A stretch of DNA of 63,591 nt, filler included, from Kipferlia bialata (lineage: Eukaryota): the NCBI GenBank assembly GCA_003568945.1. It is 7 parts of 6 records of this genome, joined end to end, with 100 filler letters (N's around TTAATTAATTAA, not from the genome) between each part and the next. Parts side by side here need not be neighbours in the genome. Positions count along the whole stretch, not along the records: positions 1 to 18,338 come from BDIP01000479.1; positions 18,439 to 28,786 come from BDIP01000481.1; 5 more parts are not named here. One strand, 5' to 3'. This document shows, piece after piece, positions 14,401 to 25,423 of the stretch (the first letter of the stretch is position 1; every line of letters starts with the position of its first letter). The notes under the pieces were generated by a model. The model did not search any database and had not been told where the DNA came from. It was given only the letters and a program-made list of their open reading frames with translations. The translations under genes and the position numbers were made by a program.

Positions 14401-14461
14401 TAATTGTTTTTGTCTCTAATGGCTCAGGTGTGCTGGTGGAAGCCACTATGTCACTCTCTAA
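4389..14461 (+). CDS. Multi-module CbbX/SpoVK(CfxQ)-like AAA+ ATPase with a charged coiled-coil and a C-terminal Cys/His motif (many short exons)
   Basis: Spliced exons give GGVLFVDEAYQL...VVVFAGY...NQGLASRF...FEDY...FGNAR (module 1); LQGMIGLKKVKKEV...RLFLGNPGTGKTTAAKLYG...GGVLMIDEAYAL...VIMAGY...NEGLKSRF...FGNARAV (module 2); FRFVGNPGTGKTTVAKRMG...GKVLFIDEAYAL...VILAGY...NPGLASRF...WSNGRDV (module 3); then an E/R-rich stretch and QQKLRDMGVCCAGFRWICQGGTRYR-CAGGSHYVTL* (stop 14459-14461). Confidence 0.9.
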
Positions 14462-15940
14462 GTGGGGGATGGATTGATTGATTAGTTGATTGACGGATTG
14501 GTTGGGAGGTACTGTGACACTCCCTGAACTCTTGACTACTTGTCTGTTTTGATTGTAGGTATATTCTCTATCATGACATACCCTCATCCCTCAGGTGTTC
14601 AGCTGGGGGGCACACAGTGACACTCTAGAGGGGATACTCTAGACCCTTGATGGAGGACATGAATCGCCAGAAGCGCTGCGAATGTAGCTAAGTACTGTCA
14701 ATAGATCAAGTAGTAATCCTCCAGAGAGAATACGGAGAACTTGAGCCCCAACTGAAGCATTCACGTGGATCTGCCAGGGCGGGACCAGTTACAGACATAT
14801 TTTTGAAGAGGATCATTAATAGAGACAACTCCACACTATTTGAGTATCTCTAGAATCAAGAGACTCTAGATTGTTTCGTTTCATAGAGACATATGCTACT
14901 AGTAGTAAGTAGTAGTGTCAGGTGCGCTGGGGGAAGCCACTATGTCACTCTGTAGGGATTGATAGATTCTTCATTGGGAGGAGCCTCTTCAATCCCACAA
15001 CCAGATGTTCTGCTGGGGTGTGCTTTGTTACCCTCTAGAGGATAGAGGACAGATCAATGAACACTGGACTTGGGCCTGATACTATCGGTAGTATCCTCAA
15101 TAATTGACACCATTTGAATGTATTGTAGCAGTAATTATGTCACGTTAGCACGTTCTTGTCTCGGCTTTAAGGTTGACTCTCGGACCGTTAACCCAGAATC
15201 GGATTTTCCGGTTTGACGTTTCAAAGGTGACACCATCAGTGGCCATCACTACTCTTCTATCGATGTACAGTGATCCACTGAGAGTACGGATAGAGCTACA
15301 GGGTAACGGGGATACCCTGCTTGAGTTCAGCACCCCTGGGGACTATGACCCCTTGACCCCTCTGTCGAGTGTGGTTGCTGGGCTCTCTGTGCATAGCATC
15401 ACAGACACAGACGAAGGTGAGGACACTGTATAGTGCTGTAGTGGGTGACCCGTGTATTATATGTACAGCATGAGGGTACTGAGTATAGACAGTATCATAT
15501 TAGTGGCCCTAGTGTGGTAAAAACTACTGAAAATACTCCCCAGATATGGTAATGTCAATGACTTGTATGCTAACTGGAGATAGGATAGGGGGGGGGGGGT
15601 ATAGTAGGGTTGCTCTTATGCCGAATACATAGTACAATTGCATCTCACGTGTGCCCTCCACAACTGGTAGTATAATGTGGGAAGGGAAAGATCAGAAATG
15701 TTCTTGACGATTAGAGTGGGGGAGGGGGGGGGGGGGGGGGGGGGGGACGAGATATACACCTCAAACTATGAATCTACGTATATACTGCTGACTATGTATA
15801 TGCTGTCGCCATGTGGGGTGACTGGATGAGATACGGTATCATTGAACGGCTGAGAATCCCTCAAGTGTAAATCACAGCATGGACTCCAATCCCTCATATA
15901 CACATCTAATGCATTACTGTAATGCCGCAATATGCCTCAC

Positions 15941-16018
15941 CTCGATGATGGGGATGGTGCAGTCCTCGGCCATGGACAGGTCGGTCACATCGGCAGCACT
16001 CAGCTTGAACGTGCTCAT
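15941..16018 (-). CDS. First exon of an unidentified gene (MSTFKLSAADVTDLSMAEDCTIPIIE); downstream exons not resolved
   Basis: ATG at 16018, GC3-rich codons like other exons, ends in GAG|GTGAG donor; the intron runs into a poly-G tract at about 15720. Confidence 0.45.
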
Positions 16019-16609
16019 CTCTCTCTCTCTCTCTCTCTAGGTCTGGTCGCAGCTAGAGGGGAACTATGTAAATAAGGTAGTGAAACACTCGGGTCCTAAG
16101 GAAGTGGAACCAGTAACAGAGTGGTATAGAAGGGAGTGTGTGGCGTGCAAGAGGCCAGACCGTTCGAGAGACGACGATTGACATCTCCGTCGGAGATCGT
16201 TTTGATCATCGGTCAGAGTCATCAGTTTTGATGGCGAAGATTACATCCATCTATATACGCCTCCTTGGCGCTGTTACGATGCAATGGATGGTTACTCCCC
16301 TAGTGGCGAATATTCAGTAGTGTTGTCGACCCACTGACTGTACAGGAGTGAATCCCATCCAACTGGAACTGGGTTGTAATGAATTACACTGATCACCTAT
16401 CCAATGAGTCAAAGAATTGATTATGACCGGATGAGTGATCAAAGAGAATACATCTCTATTCTAGAGCCTGCAGATACTAGCAGGACACCCAAGCAATGTT
16501 ATATAAAGCAGACACACCACACCAAACAAATAATACTAAGTGAAAATTGATATCAGTTATACACTGGAAAACGTCCATCTCTTCGGACAAGACTAACACA
16601 TGGACTTGG

Positions 16610-16856
16610 CTAGTTGTTTCTGCTCTTCTTGCGCTGCCTTCTGATGTGACTGGCTGGGAAGGAGGGCATCAATGCCTCGGGGGTGGGGGCAGGGGCCTGG
16701 GGTGGGTATGCATGCACATCTACATATTCAACATACAAATACTAGATTCACGTGTTCAAACTCAAATATCACCCCCACCTGCTGGAACCATGGGTGTTCC
16801 AGTGCCTCAGATGGAGTGGGCCTCTCATACGGGACCTGGGGGTAAGAGTAATGGAG

Positions 16857-16896
<40 letters not shown>

Positions 16897-17471
16897 ATAC
16901 CCAAGTGAGGCACTGCACAATGAGCTGGTCCAGTCCTGCATACTCCTTGTTGGCAAGGGTGGGCACACGCTGCCTGAGACGCTGCAGGGTTAGTGCGGTG
17001 TGCATACATATGGAGGAGATGCTGATACTATGGATGGATATATGAGTGCTTGTACACACTATAGCCCTCTTCTTTATGGAAAGAAGATTGAGACAGAGTG
17101 CTAGTGTTTGCTATATCCATCTATGCATACCATTGCTCTCTTCTCTATGGACTCTGGTGCCGATGAGGTCGGCAGGAGGAGGGCAGACCGGCTGGAGACG
17201 CCACACAGGCTGGGGGTGAGGGTGTCATATACTCGATCAGTACAATTACTGTATGGTGCTCTGTACCTGTCGAGCTCCCTGCACTATATACACTATATAT
17301 TTACACTATATATGCACTATATATATACACTATATACAATACTGTATACACTAGAACCCTCAGATGCTTTGTACCTGTCGAGCTCCCTGCACTCTCTGTG
17401 TGAGGGTGCCCCTATCAGACCCACGCACATGTCAATCATGGCAGACTCACGCTGGGGGTAGATGCATACAG

Positions 17472-17513
<42 letters not shown>

Positions 17514-18292
17514 GGAGAATACATGTCAATCATGGCAGACTCACGCTGGGGGTGAGGGGAGAGAGAGAAAGAGAGAGGGAGAAAGAGCGAGAGAGGTCAA
17601 CCATGGCTGATTCATGGTAGGTAATAGAGTAAGCGTGTGGAAGTAGATACCTGTGGCCTGAGTATGGGCGACCCCTTGAGCAGGTGGAGTATGACGAGGC
17701 CTATGCTGAACATGTCGACATACTCAGTGTAGGCAGAGGAGGACAGACACACCTCGGGGGCACGGTACCTGTGGGGTAAGAGGTGTAAATGTATATATAG
17801 GGAGAGAGAGAGAGAGAGAGAGATGCAGAGGAGGACAGACACACCTCGGGGGCACGGTACCTGAAGCGTATGATGTATACATATTTATATATATAGAGAG
17901 AGAGAGGGCGGGACTGTCTCACCAGAGAGTGACCATCTGGGGTGTGTGGAAGAGGGGGGCGGGGGATATCTTGCAGGACAGGCCGAAGTCTGGGTGAGAT
18001 AGGAAGAGTACAGACAGTCGAAATCATAATTAGTGTTACCCTGCATTGTATATACACAGCTAAACACTGTACCTGTGACTCTGATCTTTCCATCGTTGGA
18101 GTACAGGATGTTGGCTGGTTTCAGGTCTCGGTGGAACCGGTGGGCACCCCACAGGGCAACCTGAGACTGTAAGTACTAAATAGACGATGGTATCAATATA
18201 TATACATATATATGAATATATACTATACACTGTACCTCTGACACCAGCAGCTGTGTGACCAGTCTCTTGATGTCAGCCGGTCTGAAGGGGGA
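16610..18292 (-). CDS. CDK10/CDK11-like cyclin-dependent (CMGC) protein kinase, 5'-truncated
   Basis: Spliced exons: FHRDLKPANILY...DFGLSCK...HTPQMVTLWYRAPEV...VDMFSIGLVI...LIGAPS...RPTPSEALEHPWF-APAPTPEALMPSFPASH...*. The C-terminal LMPxFP resembles the CDK10/11 tail. Confidence 0.85.
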
Positions 18293-18338
18293 CTGGGGGT
18301 CAGGGGGGGGGGGGGGGGGCAAAAAAGGAAATTAGCCG

Positions 18339-18438
18339 NNNNNNNNNNNNNNNNNNNNNNNNNNNNNNNNNNNNNNNNNNNNTTAATTAATTAANNNNNN
18401 NNNNNNNNNNNNNNNNNNNNNNNNNNNNNNNNNNNNNN
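18339..18438. other. Artificial contig spacer (N + TTAATTAATTAA + N); same spacer at 28787-28886, 39687-39786, 49335-49433, 55674-55773, 59736-59835
   Basis: Identical six-frame-stop 12-mer embedded in about 100 bases of N at six places; genes are truncated at each. Confidence 0.97.
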
Positions 18439-18461
18439 GGGGGGGGGGGGGGGGGGGGGGA

Positions 18462-18494
<33 letters not shown>

Positions 18495-18687
18495 ATATAC
18501 AGCGGCAATGTCAAAGGAGATATCACTGGCCATCTATAATTTCTATACTGTAAATGAACACACATAGAGTGTAAACACATAATATGGCACCTGTGTCTGT
18601 CATTGGCTCCATCTCATTAGGTACATATATACAAACACATGTATAATAATGACCATTTAGAGAACTAACACAGTATATATAGTATAC

Positions 18688-19325
18688 CTGTGTCTGTCAT
18701 TGGCTCCATCTCAACAGTCTCCACACGGGCACCTGGGGAACCTAGTGTGAGGCAAGGGTGAAGTGACACATGAGGTCTTGATTCATTGGCAGTATTACAC
18801 TGATATCACCTTTATGGAGGTGTATGCGTATATATATGTATATGTATAAAATCTCACCTTCGTGAAGGAATGCCTCAAAGTGACTGAGCCCCTCTGCATC
18901 ACACATGGCCCACCCTGCCACAGACCCGTCAGGCATGTTCTCAACATAGCCCTATGGGTTAGTAAGTCACACAGAGGGGAATATCAGAAAGGAGAGCACG
19001 GTCACAGACCCATCAGGCATATTCTCAACATAGTTCTATGGGTTAGTAAGTGACAAAGGAGGGGATGATCACAGGGGAGAAGGGGTGGGGAAACGAGTAG
19101 AATAGAGGTGTGACTAATAAGCTCCAGGTCTTTGGAGACCCAGAATCACAGCACAGACTGTGCTCAAATACCATATTAACTGGATATTGGACAACATGTA
19201 CATACTCAGAAGAATCGGTCTCCTCTACTAACCTTTGCTCCATTCTTCAGGGCTGCCTCCCTAGTGTATTTCCGCATCCAAACCCCTTGGACACGGCCTG
19301 TGACTCTAAATGCTGCCGCCTGCAT
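18688..19325 (-). CDS. Acylphosphatase (3 exons seen: 19325-19233, 18951-18858, 18741-18688; 3' end lost at the contig edge)
   Basis: MQAAAFRVTGRVQGVWMRKYTREAALKNGAK-GYVENMPDGSVAGWA...FLHE-GSPGARVETVE: the GRVQGVxxR phosphate loop, catalytic Asn in V-x-N-x-x-DGSV, and GSP motif of acylphosphatases. Confidence 0.92.
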
Positions 19326-19513
19326 CACGGAGAAGGGAGAATAGAGGGACAACACTTCTGAATAGCCTCTTATTATAGAGCCTCACAGTAGGTAGTCACA
19401 ACGAGAAGATAAACCCTCTCAGCCTCAACCCAAAAATCCGACTCAAGCTTTCGGAGAATCGGAGGAAATCCCGAGGGGCAGAATTCTGGCTCCTTCCAAC
19501 AACGACGGTGAAA

Positions 19514-20556
19514 ATGAGTGAGCCTCGTATTCCCTTCATGCCTGGGACCAGGTTTGACAACCAGGTTGGTAGATTTCCTGATTTTACTGTGAATTTGGCC
19601 TGTGAGGCTTCCCCCTTGACTGTATATGATGATGCTATAGTTTTCTGTCTCATTATGACTCTTGCGCTCCTCTAGACTCTCTTGGAGGTGACCCATCGGC
19701 TGTATAGGCGTCTTTACTTGATATTCTCCACTCATTATGTGTGGTACGTCCCATATTGCTCCCTTTCCCGACATCTAACCTGTAGCGCAGCAGACACAAT
19801 GTTGGCCACGTGTTCGATGTGGTTGATGGAGTCCCCGTGGTGCGTGACGCCACCTCTGAGAACGTGGTGCCAGTGATGGTTGCCCCCGAGCCAGAGCGCC
19901 CCGTGGCCCCCAAGCCTGCCGGCACATACGTCCCAGACTACGTTGCCCTCGACAGAAAGGTATGGCTATAGGTGTACTGGCAACACCATGCGCTGTATCT
20001 CTATCTTCATGCTATGGGTTTCTCTCTTTTCCCTGGAGGGGAGACTAGGAGTTGTCAGTTGCAATCATTTGTGCGTACCTGCTTTTGGCTTTCTCCATGT
20101 ATGTGATGCTGTATTCTATAAGTACTCACCCTCAGGTCCTGCGCTTCTTCGCCTCCTTCCAGGAGACTGTGCTTGAGTCCCAGACTGAGACCAAGAGGGT
20201 CAGATACGTGAACATCTACGTGTTCCTTGTGGACGGCACCATTGCCATCCAGGTGGGTATCAGTATATATATGTATATATATATACTCAGTCTAATCCAT
20301 ACACAATTAGTTTCATTCCATAGGTGTTGGTTATATTCCCCTTGTGTTTAGTATGTTCCTGTTCTGCCTCACCCCAGGAGCCAGGGGTGTCAGTAGTGCA
20401 TATACAGTATATATAGCATAAATATAGCATACTTAAGATGTAATACATATAACTGAGTCTTATCCCAGGAGCCTGCTGTCCCCAACAGCGGTATCCCCCA
20501 GGGCAAGGTCCTGGCCAGGAGCAAGGTGCCCAGGTCCAGATCGGACCCAGGCTCAG
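19514..20556 (+). CDS. EFHC1/EFHC2/Rib72-like DM10-domain flagellar protein, N-terminal part only
   Basis: MSEPRIPFMPGTRFDNQ-RSRHNVGHVF...YVPDYVALDRK-VLRFFASFQETVLESQTETKRVRYVNIYVFLVDGTIAIQ-EPAVPNSGIPQGKVLARSKVP matches the EFHC N-terminus and first DM10 repeat. The gene stops at a poly-C tract. Confidence 0.88.
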
Positions 20557-20574
20557 GTACATACATATCCATAC

Positions 20575-20611
<37 letters not shown>

Positions 20612-21357
20612 CCCCCCTCTCCTTTTGTCTTTCCCCCCCCCCCCCCTTTGTGTTACTCTCACCTACTGAGAGTGAGACCTGTGCGCTATAGTATCACACT
20701 CATATAGCCCAGATTCTCAGTGAGTATGCAGTGCAATATTATGCAACTACTACTACCAATCTCTCCGTCTCCGTCTCTCTCCCCCCCCTATTTCTATCTC
20801 TCTTCTCTTTCATAATCTCATCATATATGGTCAAGGTGTGTCTTGACGCTGCCAAACAGAGAGACATTTGTGTGTATATGTGTAAGTATTCTGTTACATT
20901 GTTCCACATATATATATATACATTTGCATATATGTCTCTACATACCATATATGTGTGTTCTTATACTAGGTTAGAGTGTGCCGTGTTTCTTTCTATTTTC
21001 CTTTATTTTTCATTATTTTTCTCTATTTTTCTTGAAGCTGCCCAGCAGAGGGAGATTTCGTTCTACAAATATATATACATTTACTTCTCTAATGTGTGAA
21101 CGAATTCATATTAGGTTAAAGTGTGTCTAGATCTACTCCTCTTCCATTTGTCTTACTTTAGGTCAAGAAGTGTCTTCTATTACTCTTTGCATAGCCTTAT
21201 ACAAGGTTAGAGTGTGTCTAGTAGCTGCCAAGCATAGGGAGATTTCGTTCTACAAATATATATATATCTTAACATGATAATTGTAATAGAAATAATAAAA
21301 ATAATGATAATAATAATAATAATAATAATAGTAGTATTAATAACGAATTCATATTAG

Positions 21358-24300
21358 GTTAGAGTGTGTCTAGTAGCCGCCAAGCAGAGGGAGAGAGAGG
21401 AGGCTTGTCCGGCCCTGGCTGCCCTTGTCAGGAGTCTGAAGGAAGAGGAGGGGATGACTGAGGAAGAGGTAATCTTTCATATTCGGATATAGACTTATAT
21501 ATTCATAGATATTGTATGTAATATGGTAGTATGCTGTACCTGCCCTTTGTCAAGAGTATGAGAGAGAAGGAGGAACGCTTATGACCATATATTGACTCTG
21601 GTTGTGTGTAGTAGTGTATCCTTGGATAATTCAGTATATACATGTATTGTGTTGATGATTGAATTTGATGTATAATGAGTGTGTTACTCATGCCCCAGAA
21701 GGATAAGACTGATTTGAATGATATGAATTGTATATTCTAGCACTATATATATATATAGTAATGTTCATGTGTTACTCATACCCCAGAAGGATAAGGCCGT
21801 CTGTGCCAGGTGGGAGAAGATGGAGATGACCCAGGAGTTCCAGGTGGAGTTGGTGACATCAAGGTATTAATTGTCTCTCTCTTTCTTGTCTTTCTCTTTC
21901 TCTCTATGTATTTGTATTTGTATATGAATAGTAATAATATACATATGTGCAAGATGACCCAGGAGTTCCACGTGGATCTTGTCACATCAAGGTATAAATA
22001 TACATAGTATATACACACACACAATAATATATGTATGTATACACTGATAGAGAGAGGGAAGGAGAGAGACCCAGGAGTTCCAGGTGGAGTTGGTTACATC
22101 AAGGTATATATATACATATACTACACACATATATATATGTAGGTACATATATTGAGTGAGAGAGGGAAGGAGAGATATTCCAGGTGGAGTTGGTTACGTC
22201 TAGGTAATTGTTCCCCCTCTTTCTCTCTCTCCCCCCCTAATAATATGCATATATATATATATATATGTCTACATATATATATTAATATGTACAAGATGGC
22301 GCAGGAGTTCCATGTGGAGTTGGTGACATCCCTGTTTTGTATATATATATACATTAAGTACTGATGAGTAGGCAGAAGCTCAGGAACAATGTCAATGCCA
22401 ACAGGTACGGCAGGTCCATAACGGCACAGTTCACTGTGGGTGAGTTGTGAATTGTCCCAATTGTGCCTCCTTGTCACGTATAGAGTGACTCTCTAGATTC
22501 TTTGTCACAAGTCCCACCTGACGCCAGGTCCCGACAAGCACCCCTTCTCTGTCTTTGTGTCGTGTGATGACACAGGTGAGGGATATATCATCGCGTTATA
22601 TATATAGATCCTAGTACCGCGTAAGTATTACCAATGTTTCATGTGATGACACAGATATGGTATGCATCATCATGTAAATGATACACTAATCCACACTTCC
22701 TCTCCATCGGCTGTTCTCTATCATTGAGAGAGTCTATCTCCTCGCCCAGTAAGATTGGTCAGATTCTATCTCTTGATGGTGACCATGATTTCCCCCCCCC
22801 CTTCTCTTTGTATGTGCTTACATATATATATATATATATACTCTCTCACCCCTAGAGGGTGACCAGGACATTGCCTTCAAGACAGACATATGTGCGTACC
22901 GAGAGGTAAGAATCAGTATATATCTAATAGATGTACCCATGTTTCCACTTATATCCCAGAACACATACCGGAGGACTAAGCGCCCGACTCCACCGCAGGA
23001 CAAGGATGTGAGGGCATTCATGGAGAGGTACTAAACATATACACACACACACACACTTACACCTGTATATGTTCATTTATATCAATGTACATATATATAT
23101 ATGACAAGAAAAGGATGTGAGGGCATTCATGAAGAGGTAAAGTATATATATATATATATATTTATATATATTTATATATGTAGACCAGTATCACAAGACA
23201 AGGATGTGAGGGCATTCATGGAGAGGTAAAGTGTAGTATATATAACAATATTAGTGTATTTATGTGTATGTATATATATATATGTAGACCAGTATCACAA
23301 GACAAGGATGTGAGGGCATTTATGGAGAGATGGGTAAATCCTTAGCATGCGTGAATTCAACTCATATGTTACTGTCATGGAGTAGTCTCTCTCTTTGCTC
23401 CCCAGCGCGGGTCCCGCCCTCACTACTTGTGTCCCAGAGTCCATATTAATGATGATACCATATATATATGCTCATGTGGATAGAGTGTATATATTAATAT
23501 ATCTGTAACCCTCACACTCAGCGCTGGTCTCCCCCTCACTACCTGTGTGCCAGAGTCGACATTAATACATTAATATACATACCTTACACTCACTTCCAGT
23601 GCTGGTCTCCCCCTGACCACCTGTGTGCCAGAGTCCTGGTGGCATGACGATGAGGCACTCAAGAAGCACCTTAGTCAGGTAGAATATGCTATTCATCTAT
23701 GTATATCACTCTCTACCTGATATTTGCATGTAAAGCTATATTTTAGTTTGTAATATACATATAATTATGAATCCCCATGTCGGGAGACGATATTAAGGGA
23801 CTCAAGAGACATCGTGCGAAGTTACAAAGTGTCTCTTTTCATTTTGTGGTATAACAAATATGGGGCAAGGCCCTAGTTTTCTCATGTCCAGGACATGCTA
23901 GTCTATCCATACTAACTAAATATGTAAGTGATATAGTTCAATATCGAGCTATATATATAGCCAAGACGGTATAATGCATCATACCCAGGACACCCTGCAC
24001 GTGCTGGTTTATGCAGATATACCATCATATAGGGCATACCAGCCTCTATACTATATATATGAACACGATATATATGATTACCATTAATGTATATTAGTAT
24101 ATCACTTATACCAGGACACCCTGCACATGCTAGTCTATGCAGAGATCATGTACGAGGCCATAGAGCTACTCACAGGTATGTGTTAGTAATATATACATGG
24201 GGAGAGCTCCTATGTATTGACTGTTGAGAGATATGCCTCTTCGTCCTCTATATTATTACGTACTCTATATACAATATGAATAACGATATTTATACATTTT

Positions 24301-24389
24301 TATATTATTACCGTCTCTATATATGATACTCATGCTCAGGCGAGCACGGTGAGAACTGCCCCTATGGTGTGCCCCTTGGTATGGAATGA
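21358..24389 (+). CDS. Hypothetical multi-exon protein (3' part of a gene)
   Basis: In-phase exon chain VRVCLVAAKQRE...-KDKAVCARWEKMEMTQEFQVELVTSR-QKLRNNVNANRYGRSITAQFTV-GPDKHPFSVFVSCDDT-EGDQDIAFKTDICAYRE-...-DTLHMLVYAEIMYEAIELLT-GEHGENCPYGVPLGME*; no family recognised. Confidence 0.65.
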
Positions 24390-25423
24390 TAGCTAGCAGT
24401 ATACATGTGAGGGTGTACAGACTGTGTCTTAGAGGTTATGATGTTTCCTTAGGTGTTGTTAGATACACAAGTAACTAAATCAAATTTCATGTAGTGTATA
24501 TGTGTATATGAATATATATGTGTGTGTCTAACACCAGGCGTCGATGGATACATCGTGCATGACCTGCTGGGTATGCCACACGAGCCATAGAGAGATACCT
24601 ATTGGATGAGAGCTGTACATTGTAGAGACGCCTGAACCCACCTCTATTGAGACAATGGATGTCGATGTTGGATATATCCTAGGGATCAAAGGAGACGTAG
24701 AGGGATATCCAGCCATGATCAGTGTTCAACGAGTAGGAAACCCCACGCCTATATGAATTGTCTAATGTTGACCCTAGTGTCACACTAGTGGTGTGTATCC
24801 CACAAATAGAGTGTCCTCAACATCATCATTCACTTCCTGTCTACAGATTCTCTTCTAAAGACCTGTGATACAAACAATCTCTTACGCATTCCTAAGAGAA
24901 TGTGATTTAGTGATGAACTGACACAATATTGTTACAAATCTCAACATACACGCCCAAGTCACGGTTCCGAAACAAGCAGGTGTCCACCGAGTACATAGCG
25001 GCTTGACACACCCTCGTTGACCAAGACAGATATGCCCCGTCTCTCTGTTGTCACCCAGTAGTACATACCATTACCAACAACAACATCTAGCGCTGGCTGA
25101 CTGACCACCATGCCCACAACCAACACTGCCAGGTTCTGGAATGCTGGATTAACAAAGGTTACGGGGCGTGCCAGTTACTCTGCTGCACTTTGCTCTCTCC
25201 TGGATGCTGCATAGCGCCATATGATGGCTAGACTGAACACTATCGCAAGACAGTCTCTCTCCACAGATTGGCGTTGTAGTGTGGATATGGGGCTGCTGGA
25301 ACCTCTAGTCACCGGTCGACGTGTTGTCTCTGGGCTTGGGTGGCAGCCTAGGTACCACCCCATCAATGTGCCGTGGTAGTCATACATCAGCACACTGTTA
25401 CAGTACAGTATGGCCACTCATAG

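Noticed and set aside
14428..15038. Diversity-generating retroelement TR/VR pair (also considered for 25340-25510)
   Set aside because: Differences are not adenine-specific and no reverse transcriptase is visible in the window.
18383..18394. Recurring palindromic TTAATTAATTAA as a regulatory or recombination site
   Set aside because: Always embedded in about 100-base N spacers; it is an artificial six-frame-stop linker.
19676..19743. Extra AG/GT-bounded exon inside the first EFHC intron
   Set aside because: It is 68 nt and would shift the frame; exon 1 joins the exon at 19786 in phase and matches the family.
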